Assembly (NCBI RefSeq): GCF_001194135.2
Contig: NC_068993.1
Span: 57,602,308-57,666,307 of the forward strand
Reading direction: 5' to 3'
DNA from: Octopus bimaculoides
Lineage: Eukaryota
Length of the DNA: 64,000 nucleotides
Positions within the stretch are counted from its first letter, which is position 1; each line of letters opens with the position of its first letter. Shown piece by piece: positions 52,611 to 64,000 of the stretch. Under the pieces are notes generated by a model, which saw nothing but the letters and a program-made list of their open reading frames with translations, was not told the DNA's origin and searched no databases. The position numbers and the translations under genes were made by a program.

Positions 52611-52648
52611 GGTCCTGATGACTCCTACTGAGGCAGAAACACTAGACC
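52611..52648 (+). ncRNA. Minimal type-I hammerhead ribozyme motif
   Basis: GGTC-CTGATGA-ctCCTactgAGGca-GAAA-cac-TA-GACC: intact cores, perfect 4-bp helix I closing the motif, UA cleavage dinucleotide; helices II and III imperfect. Confidence 0.65.
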
Positions 52649-52930
52649 ACTGCAGTGCTATTCAGGAATTCAGACAGTTCTGTGCTTAATGGCTTCCCAG
52701 TTTTAGAAACTCTTTGTTCTTCAGATTATCTCATCTTTGTGTTCATAGTCCCATTTTCTATTAAAGCTCAGTTCTAATATGTCGAGTGGAATAAATTCAT
52801 TAACTTCATTAAATTGCCACACTTCGCAAAGTGGTAATTAATATATATTATTCGTCTTTATTATTCAAATACAATGATATTGTCTCCTGTGTTTCTCATT
52901 GCTCTTTTATATGTTATATAATGTGTGTGT

Positions 52931-53087
52931 GTGTGGCTGTATAATTATGAGGATCGCTTCGCAACCACGGGGACTCAAGTTCAGTCTCACTACGTAGAAA
53001 CTTGAGCAAGTGTTCTCTACCATAATTCGGGTCTGACAATGCCGCGTGAGTAACTTTGGTATGCGGAAACAGTGCGGAAGCCCGTCG

Positions 53088-53127
<40 letters not shown>

Positions 53128-53395
53128 CATAGATACATGTATAGATATAGACATACACATATATGTTTATATATATATATATGTATATATGTGTGTATGT
53201 ATGTGTCTTTATTTGTCCCACGCTGTTTGACAACCAGTATTGGTTTGTTTACGTTCTTGTAACAAAAGAGAAAGGTAACAAAAGAGAAAGGTAGACTAAG
53301 TACCACACTTATAAATTCTTAGAACCTGGGTTGAATTTAATTCCACTAAACACTTCAAGTTCATGCCCCAGCATGGTCGCAGTCCATTGAGTGTG
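52931..53395 (+). mobile_element. Bipartite SINE A/B, old copy
   Basis: Degenerate head ending GGAAGCCCGTCGTATA, (TA)n, then tail remnants. Confidence 0.7.
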
Positions 53396-53510
53396 AATGT
53401 GTGTGTGGGAGTGTGTACATCTGCGTGTGTGAACGGTCTAAAAGCGTAACATGTGTCTCTGTATGCCCATTATCTGCACCTCATCGATCAAGAGATGTCG
53501 AGGAGATTAT

Positions 53511-53867
53511 GTTGGCACTCCGTCGCTTATGATGTCGAGGGTTCCAGTTGATCCTGTTCGTGAAATTAACGTGCAAGTGGCTAGAGCACTCCACAGACAC
53601 GTGTACCCTTAACGTAGTTCTCGAGGATATTCAGCGTGACACAGTGTGACAAGGCTGACCCTTTGAATTACAGGCGCAACAGAAACAGGAAGAAAGAGTG
53701 AGAGAAAGATGTGGTGAAAGCAGGGATTGCCACCATCCCCTGCCGGAGCCTCGTGGAGCTATAGGTGTTTTCGCTCAATAAACACTCTCAATGCCCGGTC
53801 TGGGAACCGAAACCGCGATCCTATGACCGTGAGTCCGCTGCCCTAACCACTGGGCCATTGCGCCTCC
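53511..53867 (-). mobile_element. SINE family D, full length
   Basis: Reverse complement of 31388-31770 with small deletions. Confidence 0.92.
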
Positions 53868-54194
53868 ACTGTCGAGAAGATAGGCAGACAGAAATACATG
53901 AGTTGGGTCGTTATAATCGATAGGACCCTTAATATCTGTGCCCTAGTACGACTGGCATTCTAAAGACTGAAACCCGTAACAAAATATAGCTGTATGAACA
54001 CTTGTGTTGCCTGTGTGTTTGTGTGTGCGCGAATGAGTGCGAGTGTTGTGTGCGTGTATGTTTTATGCTGTAAACCTGTTTACCTGTGTTGGAGAGAGTG
54101 CTGGTGTCTGCCAATTTAAGACCTTCTATAAGAGTGTTTAGTCAACCTATTTGCATATATTAACTTGTTTGAAAATGAGTGTGTGAGTACATAT

Positions 54195-54249
<55 letters not shown>

Positions 54250-54383
54250 CATTAATACATGTATATGTACACACACACACACCTATCTGTATACACAAAT
54301 TCACACACACATGCTAAAAGCACAAACTCAATTATATTCGTTTATGCGTGAGTGCATTTTCTTGTATACATCTGTATATACAT

Positions 54384-54420
<37 letters not shown>

Positions 54421-55534
54421 CGTGTATATCTTTACATACATATATGTGTCTGTATTTATATACATTTATATATACCTATATATATCTATACAGACATATA
54501 TATGTATATGCGTGTGTGTATATATATATATATGCGCGTGCGAGAGAGAGTGTGTATATGTATGTGTATACACCCACACACATACACACTTATACACAGT
54601 ATGGATCCCTTCCAGTTTTTCACGTTCTTTCTCTCTTCCATTTCTCTCACCATACACACACACACACAACATACACTTACACGCACACACACACACACAC
54701 CTAAACGCACACACATAATGCTATGCTAATGCGTGTCTTCTTGTACANNNNNNNNNNTGCGAGAGAGAGTGTGTATATGTATGTGTATACACCCACACAC
54801 ATACACACTTATACACAGTATGGATCCCTTCCAGTTTTTCACGTTCTTTCTCTCTTCCATTTCTCTCACCATACACACACACACACAACATACACTTACA
54901 CGCACACACACACACACACCTAAACGCACACACATAATGCTATGCTAATGCGTGTCTTCTTGTACACTTATTGTACTTGCGTTTGTATGAGTGAATGTGC
55001 GTGTGTTGTGTGACAGCTTTATGAATGAGGTACGTATTCTAATCACGCACCCGTTCACCCTCTTGAAAAATACAACTTTCTCAATGATACTCAGAAGTCA
55101 CCTGGCTTAGAAAAGCTCTCAAGCGTTCCATTAATCTGACTTGGCGAACCACCCTGAGTGTCGCCTGGCTAAACCACAAACGATGTTGTAGTTTAGATGT
55201 AATCCTCCACCAGCTGTCATAAAAACAAGTTGGAAAATACACTCATACGCACACACGAATCTACATAAACACATACAAACACATGCGCACACACAAACAC
55301 TCGCATACTCCCTTGCGCATACGAATGCACATACATTCACAAGCGCTTAAGCGATCTCACACAAACGTTCACATACCTTCTCGCGCACAAGCACGCACGT
55401 ACGTATAGACACATACACGCACCCACAGCCACATTTACACGTTCAACTCTATCGAACAGTCACACACACACACCCACACCCAAACACACGCCCACACACA
55501 AACACACATGCACACACACAAGAAATGCTGAGGA

Positions 55535-55753
55535 ATTCTTTCTTTTAGAAGCACAAGGCCTGAAATCTTTGGGGGTGTGCGTAAAGTGAATTAGATCGAC
55601 CCCAGTACGCAACTAGTACTTAATTTATCGACCCTAAACGGATGTAAGGCAAAGTTGATCTCAGCAGAATTTGAACTCAGAACGTAGCGACGAGCGAAAT
55701 ACCACTAAGCATTTCGCCCAGCGTGCTAACGATTCTGCCAGCTCGCAACATTC

Positions 55754-55805
<52 letters not shown>

Positions 55806-56062
55806 NNNNNNNNNNCATGCACACACACAAGAAACGCTGAGGAATTCTTTCTTTTAGAAGCACAAGGCCTGAAATCTTTGGGGGTGTGCGTAAAGTGAAT
55901 TAGATCGACCCCAGTACGCAACTAGTACTTAATTTATCGACCCTAAACGGATGTAAGGCAAAGTTGATCTCAGCAGAATTTGAACTCAGAACGTAGCGAC
56001 GAGCGAAATACCACTAAGCATTTCGCCCAGCGTGCTAACGATTCTGCCAGCTCGCAACATTC

Positions 56063-56119
<57 letters not shown>

Positions 56120-56330
56120 CTTTTCTACTATAGGCACAAGGCCTAGAATTGGAGAGGAGGGGGACTAGTCGATTACATCAATCCCTTAGTGTGTTACTGG
56201 TATTTTATTTATCGAACCCGAAAGGATGAAAGGCAAGGTCGACTTCGGCGGAATTTGAACTCAGAGCGTAGCGTCGGGCGAAATAGCGCTAAGTATTTCG
56301 TTCAACATGCTAACAATTCTGCCCCCTGGC
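55535..56330 (-). mobile_element. Three tandem SINE C copies (first two probably an assembly duplicate)
   Basis: 55535-55746 and 55844-56055 near-identical across a 10-N gap; 56119-56330 is a diverged independent copy. Confidence 0.88.
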
Positions 56331-57642
56331 CCTCACTAGAAACGCTTCAGAATAATTTTCAGTATAGGATAAATTTGATTGAAAGGTCACTTAAGTTCTC
56401 TTAGATATAAGTAAACATATTAAACAGAAAAATGTGTCGGTAGGTTATAGAAAAGACTGGAGTGACTCCAGTCCTTCATTAATTTATCACTTCAATGTTA
56501 TGCTGGAGTTTAGATCAAGTGCTTTATACATCAGGAAAACAACAGAGAAAAGAAACACTTGTCGAAAGAAATTCAATGATATTAAGTTTCAAACTGGCTA
56601 GGAAGGTATTTCATTACTAGAATTGAAATAAAATTAGTCGGCAGCATATATTAGTTTCATGTTAAAAAACATATGCAATAACTTATTTGTACACTAATTG
56701 ATTTATCGATGAAAAATATATATTGGAATATCCTATTAAAATAGAAAATAAAAACTAAAAACTATAATCATAAGGTATCGCGAGCAAAAATATATTAATT
56801 ATCTTAATTGTCAAGAGGAAAAAACAATTTAAAGCGCAATATTTACAGGCGCTGTTTTGTAGTTAGTTTAAAGAGATAGAAAGTCACTCGATATATATTA
56901 ATAGATTAATCTTAGGAAATTCTATTAACTAATACCAACTCGTGTATATATATNNNNNNNNNNNNNNNNNNNNNNNNNNNNNNNNNNNNNNNNNNNNNNN
57001 NNNNNNNNNNNNNNNNNNNNNNNNNNNNNNNNNNNNNNNNNNNNNNNNNNNNNNNNNNNNNNNNNNNNNNNNNNNNNNNNNNNNNNNNNNNNNNNNNNNN
57101 NNNNNNNNNNNNNNNNNNNNNNNNNNNNNNNNNNNNNNNNNNNNNNNNNNNNNNNNNNNNNNNNNNNNNNNNNNNNNNNNNNNNNNNNNNNNNNNNNNNN
57201 NNNNNNNNNNNNNNNNNNNNNNNNNNNNNNNNNNNNNNNNNNNNNNNNNNNNNNNNNNNNNNNNNNNNNNNNNNNNNNNNNNNNNNNNNNNNNNNNNNNN
57301 NNNNNNNNNNNNNNTATATATATATATGTATATATATATATATACATGTATATAAAGAATAAATTATATATAGCGATACAATTGACAATCGAATAATTTA
57401 TTTATATTATAACATAGCTAAATATGCTATGAATATAATACAATGTATTCTTATATTATATAACATAAGTAATTATTTAAAACACCAAAAAGCCAACAAC
57501 TCATTTCGACTTATATACATTTTTTGACATATAAACAATTCAATTCCTTTATATATGTCCCCTCAGGGCAATTGGTGTGTAAAGGAATTGTTTATATTTT
57601 AAAAAAATGTATATAATGTATATAATATATAAATGTATATAT

Positions 57643-57918
57643 AGACGCAGGAGTGGCTGTGTGGTATGTAGCTTGCTTATCAACCACAATATATGCTGCC
57701 GACTGCGTGGCACCTTGGGCAAGTGTTTTCTACTATAGCCTCGCGTCGACCAAAGCCTTGTGAGTGGATTTGGTTGACGGAAACTGAAAGAAGCCCGTCG
57801 TATATATATATTTATGTGTGTGTGTGTGTGTGCATATGTTGTGTGTCTGTGTTTGTCCCCCCAACATCACTCGGTGCTCCAGCATTGTCGAAGTCAAACG
57901 ACTGAAACAAATAAGAAT
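57643..57918 (+). mobile_element. Bipartite SINE A/B, tail internally deleted
   Basis: AGACGCAGGAGTGGCTGTGTGG...AAGAAGCCCGTCG-(TA)(TG)n-TTTGTCCCCCAACATC...GGTGCTCCAGCAT...GACTGAAACAA, contiguous. Confidence 0.9.
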
Positions 57919-58190
57919 ATAACAAAATGTATATAAAGCTCTGGTAAAATAGAAAAAGTAAGTTCAATGGAGGCCAGATTTCATTCTTCTAAATGCCACA
58001 TAACGTAATATTGATGGTGAAGTAAATTACATTATTGCTGGCGGGGATTACATCAAAATAAGTGTAGTTGAATAAATAGTAATATAGAAATATAATATTA
58101 GGTTGTTCTCAGATAAGAGAAAAGTCTCCAAATGATTTCCGCGAACAAATTGTATAATATATACATACTGAGTTTCATTTAACATTAAAG

Positions 58191-58192
<2 letters not shown>

Positions 58193-58266
<74 letters not shown>

Positions 58267-58267
58267 A

Positions 58268-58350
<83 letters not shown>
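58193..58350. repeat. (TCTA)n microsatellite
   Basis: Directly visible. Confidence 0.97.
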
Positions 58351-58352
<2 letters not shown>

Positions 58353-59879
58353 AGTAATTATCTAGACATGATTATATAATCACATTTACGTACATTTAAC
58401 TATAATTAAATGTGATTGACGAACTAATTCCTTGAGAATATGACTCTAGATATACGTATATTCTGGACAACGATCGAGGTCGTGTACTCTAACATGTTCT
58501 ATTTATCGAATATTTAAGCGAGACTGAGCTTACTGATTGGAGTGGCTCTGGTTTGTAAAGTCAACAATTGAGGAGAACTTATTGAACTTCGTCTGTGAAA
58601 CATATCGTATTTAATCCGAAAGCCTAAGAATCATGATAATGTACAGTCATATTCATGTCCTGTTATGTATGGATGTGGTTTACACGCACACACGTGTGTT
58701 TGTGCTTGTGGGTGTGTTTGTATGCTTGTTCGTGTTTGTGTCTGTGTCCGTGTTTGTGTGTAGGAAGATCCGAAGATGGAGGTGAGTGATCGTTGAGGAA
58801 CTGCGGTCTGTGTAATAAAATCATGATCGTAATTGTCACAATTGTTTCACAAACCTGTTTTCAACAGATTCACGGGCGACGCATACGTAGATTTATAGTA
58901 TTTACTTATACATTTTATTAAGAATGAAATTATTTACCAGCTCTTAAGGTTGATTTCGTTCTATTCCACAAGCCAGGAAATTTATTATAAGACCTGAATT
59001 ACGTCTCTTCATGAGATTATGACCAAGAACTCTTCCTCATTGCATTTGTCATTGTAATATGTATGTGAGTTTAGATTCTACTCTTTTGTCAATCAAGGCA
59101 TTATGTATGAATCACTTGACTCCATAGGCCGACCCGCAGGTCAAAATCAACCAGAAATTTCCATGTTTAGATAAATTCATGAATCACAACAAAATAAAAA
59201 AAAAAATACATGAAGTCACCAAATTGCTGCACAACATGTTATTGATTTTGTTCTCATAGCTCGGATTATATTTGCATTTTAATATACATAGAATGGAGAG
59301 TTTATTTTTACATTCGATTTGTTCAGTCAAAATAGCGTAACAGTTTCAATTTAGTTATAAGAAATTAGTTATTAGAAAACTGATGCTTTCTTTTTTTTTA
59401 TCTTATAATGTGATATTACATTTGGAGAGAGTGCGAAAATTAATCAAACATTTCCTAGGGTGCAAGAAATGCTAAAGAACCACTGTTGAAAAGGGAATAT
59501 TTCCGGCGCAAACTTACAAAAGAAAAGTAGTCTCTGAATCCCACGTTGGTTTATCTACAAGTTCACTCAAATTAGTCTACATCATTACATTAGAAGCGCA
59601 GACCAGTGTTAGTATATACTCTCTGAAATCTTAAATCTAATAACTCAAGCTATGACATAAATGGCAGATGAATATACTTTACCTAAGATTATAATGGTTC
59701 AATAAAGCTAACCATAATTAGACATATAGCTTTCTATTTTTTTATATATCTATATTAATATGTATGTCTGTATATTAATATGTCTGTTCTCTCTTTCACT
59801 CTCTCTGTCTTTTCTATGTATTTATGTGTATATGTGTGTTTTTTGTATGTATGTACATGTGTGTATGTGTGTGTGTGCG

Positions 59880-60095
59880 TGTGTTTGCCTTTGTGTTGTA
59901 TTTGTCCTCCGACTTCACTTAAAAATTAGCGTTTATTTGCGGAGATTCGGTAACTTGGCGGTTCAGATAAAGGAAAACGACAAAATAAGTACTAAAATGA
60001 AAGAAAGAAAAAAGAAAAAAAAACGCTCTGAAGTGGATTTGCCTCTTCTGTCAGTTGCTCCAGCATGGCCGAAGCTAAATGACTGAAACAAGTAA
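59880..60095 (+). mobile_element. Decayed SINE A/B tail
   Basis: GTAACTTGGCGGTTC...AATAAGTACTA...GCTCCAGCATGGCCG...TGACTGAAACAAGTAAA. Confidence 0.7.
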
Positions 60096-60405
60096 ATGCT
60101 AAAAACATGTTATGTCACAGTAATAAGATGACCAACACTAGCCAAGTGATTTCTTTTAAGAGAACAGTTTACTGAATAATTAACCATATTTTAAATACCG
60201 GTTTATATCGATCAAATTGCTAATATATTTCACTCTTCTCTCCTCTCGAATATTTCTCCCGTTTTCTCTCACGGTTATTCCATCTCTCATTTTTTTTCTG
60301 CTCCTATTTTATCAATACATCCTTGCAAACAAATAATGATTAAACAGATGAAATTGCAGTAAATATAATCAGAACTTTTGAGTTTCAATATATTTGTGCC
60401 TCTAA

Positions 60406-60817
60406 GACGGCGAGATGGCAGAATCGTTAGCACGCCGGGCGAAATGCTTAGCGATATTTCGTCTGCCGTTACGTTGTGAGTTCAAATTCCGCCGAGGTCG
60501 ACTTTGCCTTCCGTCGTTTCGGGGTCGATTAAATAAGTACCAATTACTCACTGGGTTCGACTTAATCACTCCCACCACAAATTTGAGGCCTTGTGTTTCC
60601 AGTAGAAAGGATTATTATTATTATTATTATTATTATCGTTTTTTGGTGTTATTGTTGATAGGTCTCTCTTCATACTCTGAGTTCAAATTCCGCCGGGGTC
60701 GACGTTGCCTTTCATCCTTTCGGGGTCTCTAAATTATGTACCACTGAAACACTGGGGCCAAAGTAATCGACTCGTCCCCTAACCCGAAATGGCTGCCCTT
60801 GTAGCAATGTCGGAAAC

Positions 60818-60820
<3 letters not shown>
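60406..60820 (+). mobile_element. Two tandem SINE C copies (full, then 5'-truncated)
   Basis: 60406-60635 with (TTA)n tail; second from about 60673. Confidence 0.9.
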
Positions 60821-60869
<49 letters not shown>

Positions 60870-61332
60870 NNNNNNNNNNNNNNNNNNNNNNNNNNNNNNN
60901 NNNNNNNNNNNNNNNNNNNNNNNNNNNNNNNNNNNNNNNNNNNNNNNNNNNNNNNNNNNNNNNNNNNNNNNNNNNNNNNNNNNNNNNNNNNNNNNNNNNN
61001 NNNNNNNNNNNNNNNNNNNNNNNNNNNNNNNNNNNNNNNNNNNNNNNNNNNNNNNNNNNNNNNNNNCTTCTTCTTCTTCTTCTTCTTCTTCTTCTTCTTC
61101 TTCTTCTTCTTCTTCTTCTTCTTCTTCTTCTTCTTCTTCTTCTTCTTCTTTCTTCTTCTCCTTGATGTTGTTGTTGTTGTTTTTGCAATGTAATGAGCCG
61201 CAATATTTTTAAGATGGAAGAAAAACAAATTAAGGTGAAGTTTATTGATTCCAACGGTCTGACAATTGCCATGGCTTTGCCGACATTTGGCTCCGTTGCC
61301 CGATGATATATGCCTACATACATATATACATC

Positions 61333-61373
<41 letters not shown>

Positions 61374-61584
61374 ACACACCCACATATATATACAAACGTT
61401 CACGTAGACATACTTACGTACATGTATGCATACCATACATACAGACATACAAGCCTTTTCTCCACATTGGTTATCATACTGGTTAAACTGGCTGCCAATC
61501 AAGCAATCTTCACACAGGATTAACAGTTGATTAGATGCCGAGAGGAGTAGAAAAAGCCAAGAAATGACTAAGACCTACTGATGT

Positions 61585-61770
61585 TTTATTATTATCATTA
61601 TTGCTATTATTATTATCATTATTACTATTATTATTATCATTATTACTATTATTATTATTATTATTATTGTTATTATTATTATTGTTATTATTATTGTTAT
61701 TATTATTGCCGTTGATATTGTTATTGTAGTTCTGTGTGCAAGAGCGAGTTTGATTTCTAATATGTGCTTG

Positions 61771-61820
<50 letters not shown>

Positions 61821-62480
61821 NNNNNNNNNNTAGATATTGTGTGTGTGTGTGTGTGTGTGTATGAGCATGTATAATTCAGTAATTGCTGGTGGCGCTGTTT
61901 GTTGTTCGAGAAGATAGACCACAGCTTAATGTCTCTTGAGGAGCACTTCGCAATAGCTGTTGTCGTTCACTTTTTTTGTTATAGAAGTCAATGTAGTGGT
62001 AGTAGTAGTAGCGTTGGCGGTGGTTGTGGTAAATATGCTTGTGGTGGCGGTTGTAGTTGTGGATGGTGGTGTGTGGTGGTGATGGTAGTTGTTGTAGTAG
62101 CGGCAGTAGTAGTAGAAGTGTTGTTGGTCGTCGTATTAGTAGTAACAGGACTAGTGGGTGTGATGGTGGTGGTGGTGGTTGTAGTAGTAGTATTATTAGG
62201 GGTGATCGTAGTTGTAATAGTAGTGGCAGTAGTAGTATTAGTTGTGGTGGTAGTGGTTGTAGTAATAGTAGCAGTGGCGGTGGTAGTATTAGTACTGGGA
62301 GTGCTGGTGGTGGTGGTGGTGGTGGTGGTAATAGTAGTAGTATTAGCAGTGTTGGTAGTAATAGTAGTGGCAGTAGTAGTATTAGTAATGGCGATAGTGG
62401 CATTAGTAGTGGTGGTAGTGGTGGTGGTGGTGGTGGTGGTGGCGGTGATGGTGGTGGTGGTAATACAATTAATAGTGGTG
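61585..62480. repeat. (ATT)n, (TG)n and (GTA/GTG)n low-complexity tracts
   Basis: Directly visible; source of the V-, G/S- and P/L-rich ORFs. Confidence 0.9.
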
Positions 62481-62860
62481 AGACAGATAGTTAGATAGAG
62501 AGATAGAGAGATATTAAGTACGATTCATTCCTGATCACAGTTGTTCGAAAACCGAGGTTCTACTGTATATATATATATATNNNNNNNNNNNNNNNNNNNN
62601 NNNNNNNNNNNNNNNNNNNNNNNNNNNNNNNNNNNNNNNNNNNNNNNNNNNNNNNNNNNNNNNNNNNNNNNNNNNNNNNNNNNNNNNNNNNNNNNNNNNN
62701 NNNNNNNNNNNNNNNNNNNNNNNNNNNNNNNNNNNNNNNNNNNNNNNNNNNNNNNNNNNNNNNNNNNNNNNNNNNNNNNNNNNNNNNNNNNNNNNNNNNN
62801 NNNNNNNNNNNNNNNNNNNNNNNNNNNNNNNNNNNNNATATATATATATATATATAACTA

Positions 62861-63024
62861 CGACGGGCATCTCTCAGTTTCCGCCTACCAAATACACTCA
62901 CAATGCTTTGCTCGGCTCGAGACTATAGTAGAAGACACTAGCACAAGATGCCTTAGTGGGATTGAACCTGGGATCATGTAACTAGTAAGCAAGCTACTTA
63001 CCACGCAGCCACTCCTGCTCCTAT
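62861..63024 (-). mobile_element. SINE A head and core
   Basis: CGACGGGCATCTCTCAGTTTCC...CTACTTACCACGCAGCCACTCCTGC. Confidence 0.88.
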
Positions 63025-64000
63025 ATATGCTTATGACTTATTGTTCATGAATTTGTGTATATGTCACTGTATACGAGTGTGTTGGATTTTTTGGCATGAG
63101 GGTGTATGCGTCTGAACGCACACATCATCATGAATATTTTATTTTGGGTATGTCTGTGTGTGTGTGTGGCAGGGTGTATATGTGTCTATATATGTGCGAC
63201 GGCATGAAACCACTTGTGTGAATGTGTGAGATACTGTGTATGCTTAGCTGTGTGTGCTGCGCGTGTGACGTTTAGTATTGTGGCTTCTGATTCTCCCGTC
63301 AGTGATGTGTCATGCATGATTTTGCGTGTGTATATGCATGTGTTAATTTGCTTGTGACTGTATTTGTCTTTACCGCTTGTAAATGTGTATAAGATGAAAA
63401 GGAAAAAAAACGATGAAGAGGGAGAAAAGGAGCGCGAGAGAATGAAATAAAAATAGAGAGAGGAAGAGAGAGAATATAAGATGCTAGAGAGAGGGAAAGA
63501 AAGATGGAGTCAGATAGACCGATATATTGGACCCGATCCAGTTTTGAGGTCTCGAAGGAACGGATTTCCTATCACCTTTGCATCGACAAGCGCAAGTGAT
63601 GGGTTGGTTGGTTGGGGGAGGCTAGATACACATATAGCTCTGTGGAACAGGAACTGTTGTAATCAGGTTTGAAGAGGCAGAGAGAGGACCACGAAATATC
63701 AATAGTGTAGGGGTTGTAGTATGATGGGGGCTTGGACTCGTGCCAATAAGGCGTGCCGGAAGTTTTGTTTGGGAAGTGCGATCAAAAAATAAAAATTGTG
63801 TTTAGTAACTGCCCCGTCACAGGTATGTGAGCATCAATATCAAAAAGGATCGATGTTTGTTCGTGTGTGTGTGTGTGTGTGTATGTGTGTGTGTGTGTTG
63901 TATGTGTATGTGCATATATATATATGTATACATGTATACATACACGCATATATAATATGTAATATACATATAATATATGTTATAAAATATAACATATGAT

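Noticed and set aside
54539-54966. 209-bp direct repeat
   Set aside because: Copies appear identical and are separated by exactly 10 N; unmerged contig overlap
55507-56110. ~300-bp direct repeat containing SINE C
   Set aside because: Flanks a 10-N gap with only one substitution noticed; probably two haplotypes or an overlap artefact
61876-62498. Long V-, G/S- and P/L-rich ORFs
   Set aside because: Products of trinucleotide low-complexity DNA open in several frames
1-64000. tRNA genes, CRISPR arrays and most ORF-track entries
   Set aside because: tRNA-like segments are SINE heads without a full cloverleaf; no repeat-spacer arrays; ORFs come from microsatellites or N runs

Overview
AT-rich, repeat-saturated eukaryotic DNA from a short-read draft assembly with many N gaps, most flanked by (TA)n or (CA)n. 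The SINE families resemble those I recall from octopus, probably Octopus bimaculoides; this is recollection, not a search result. I cannot support any host protein-coding gene. Almost all listed ORFs are microsatellite or gap artefacts, and the best-looking 'exons' turned out on translation to be decayed LINE reverse-transcriptase fragments. The window holds several tRNA-headed SINE families (my working labels A/B, C, D, D2, E, F), one fairly intact and several eroded CR1/L2, RTE and R4/Dong LINE pieces, a 5'-truncated DD34D mariner, a clean TA-flanked Tc1/mariner MITE and many microsatellites. There is no CRISPR array, rRNA or genuine tRNA. The least obvious signal is three unrelated minimal type-I hammerhead-ribozyme motifs of the Penelope kind (7262-7300 minus, 15208-15253 minus, 52611-52648 plus). 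One lies in what looks like a tRNA-headed SINE. All three carry defects and may be inactive relics of multi-copy families.
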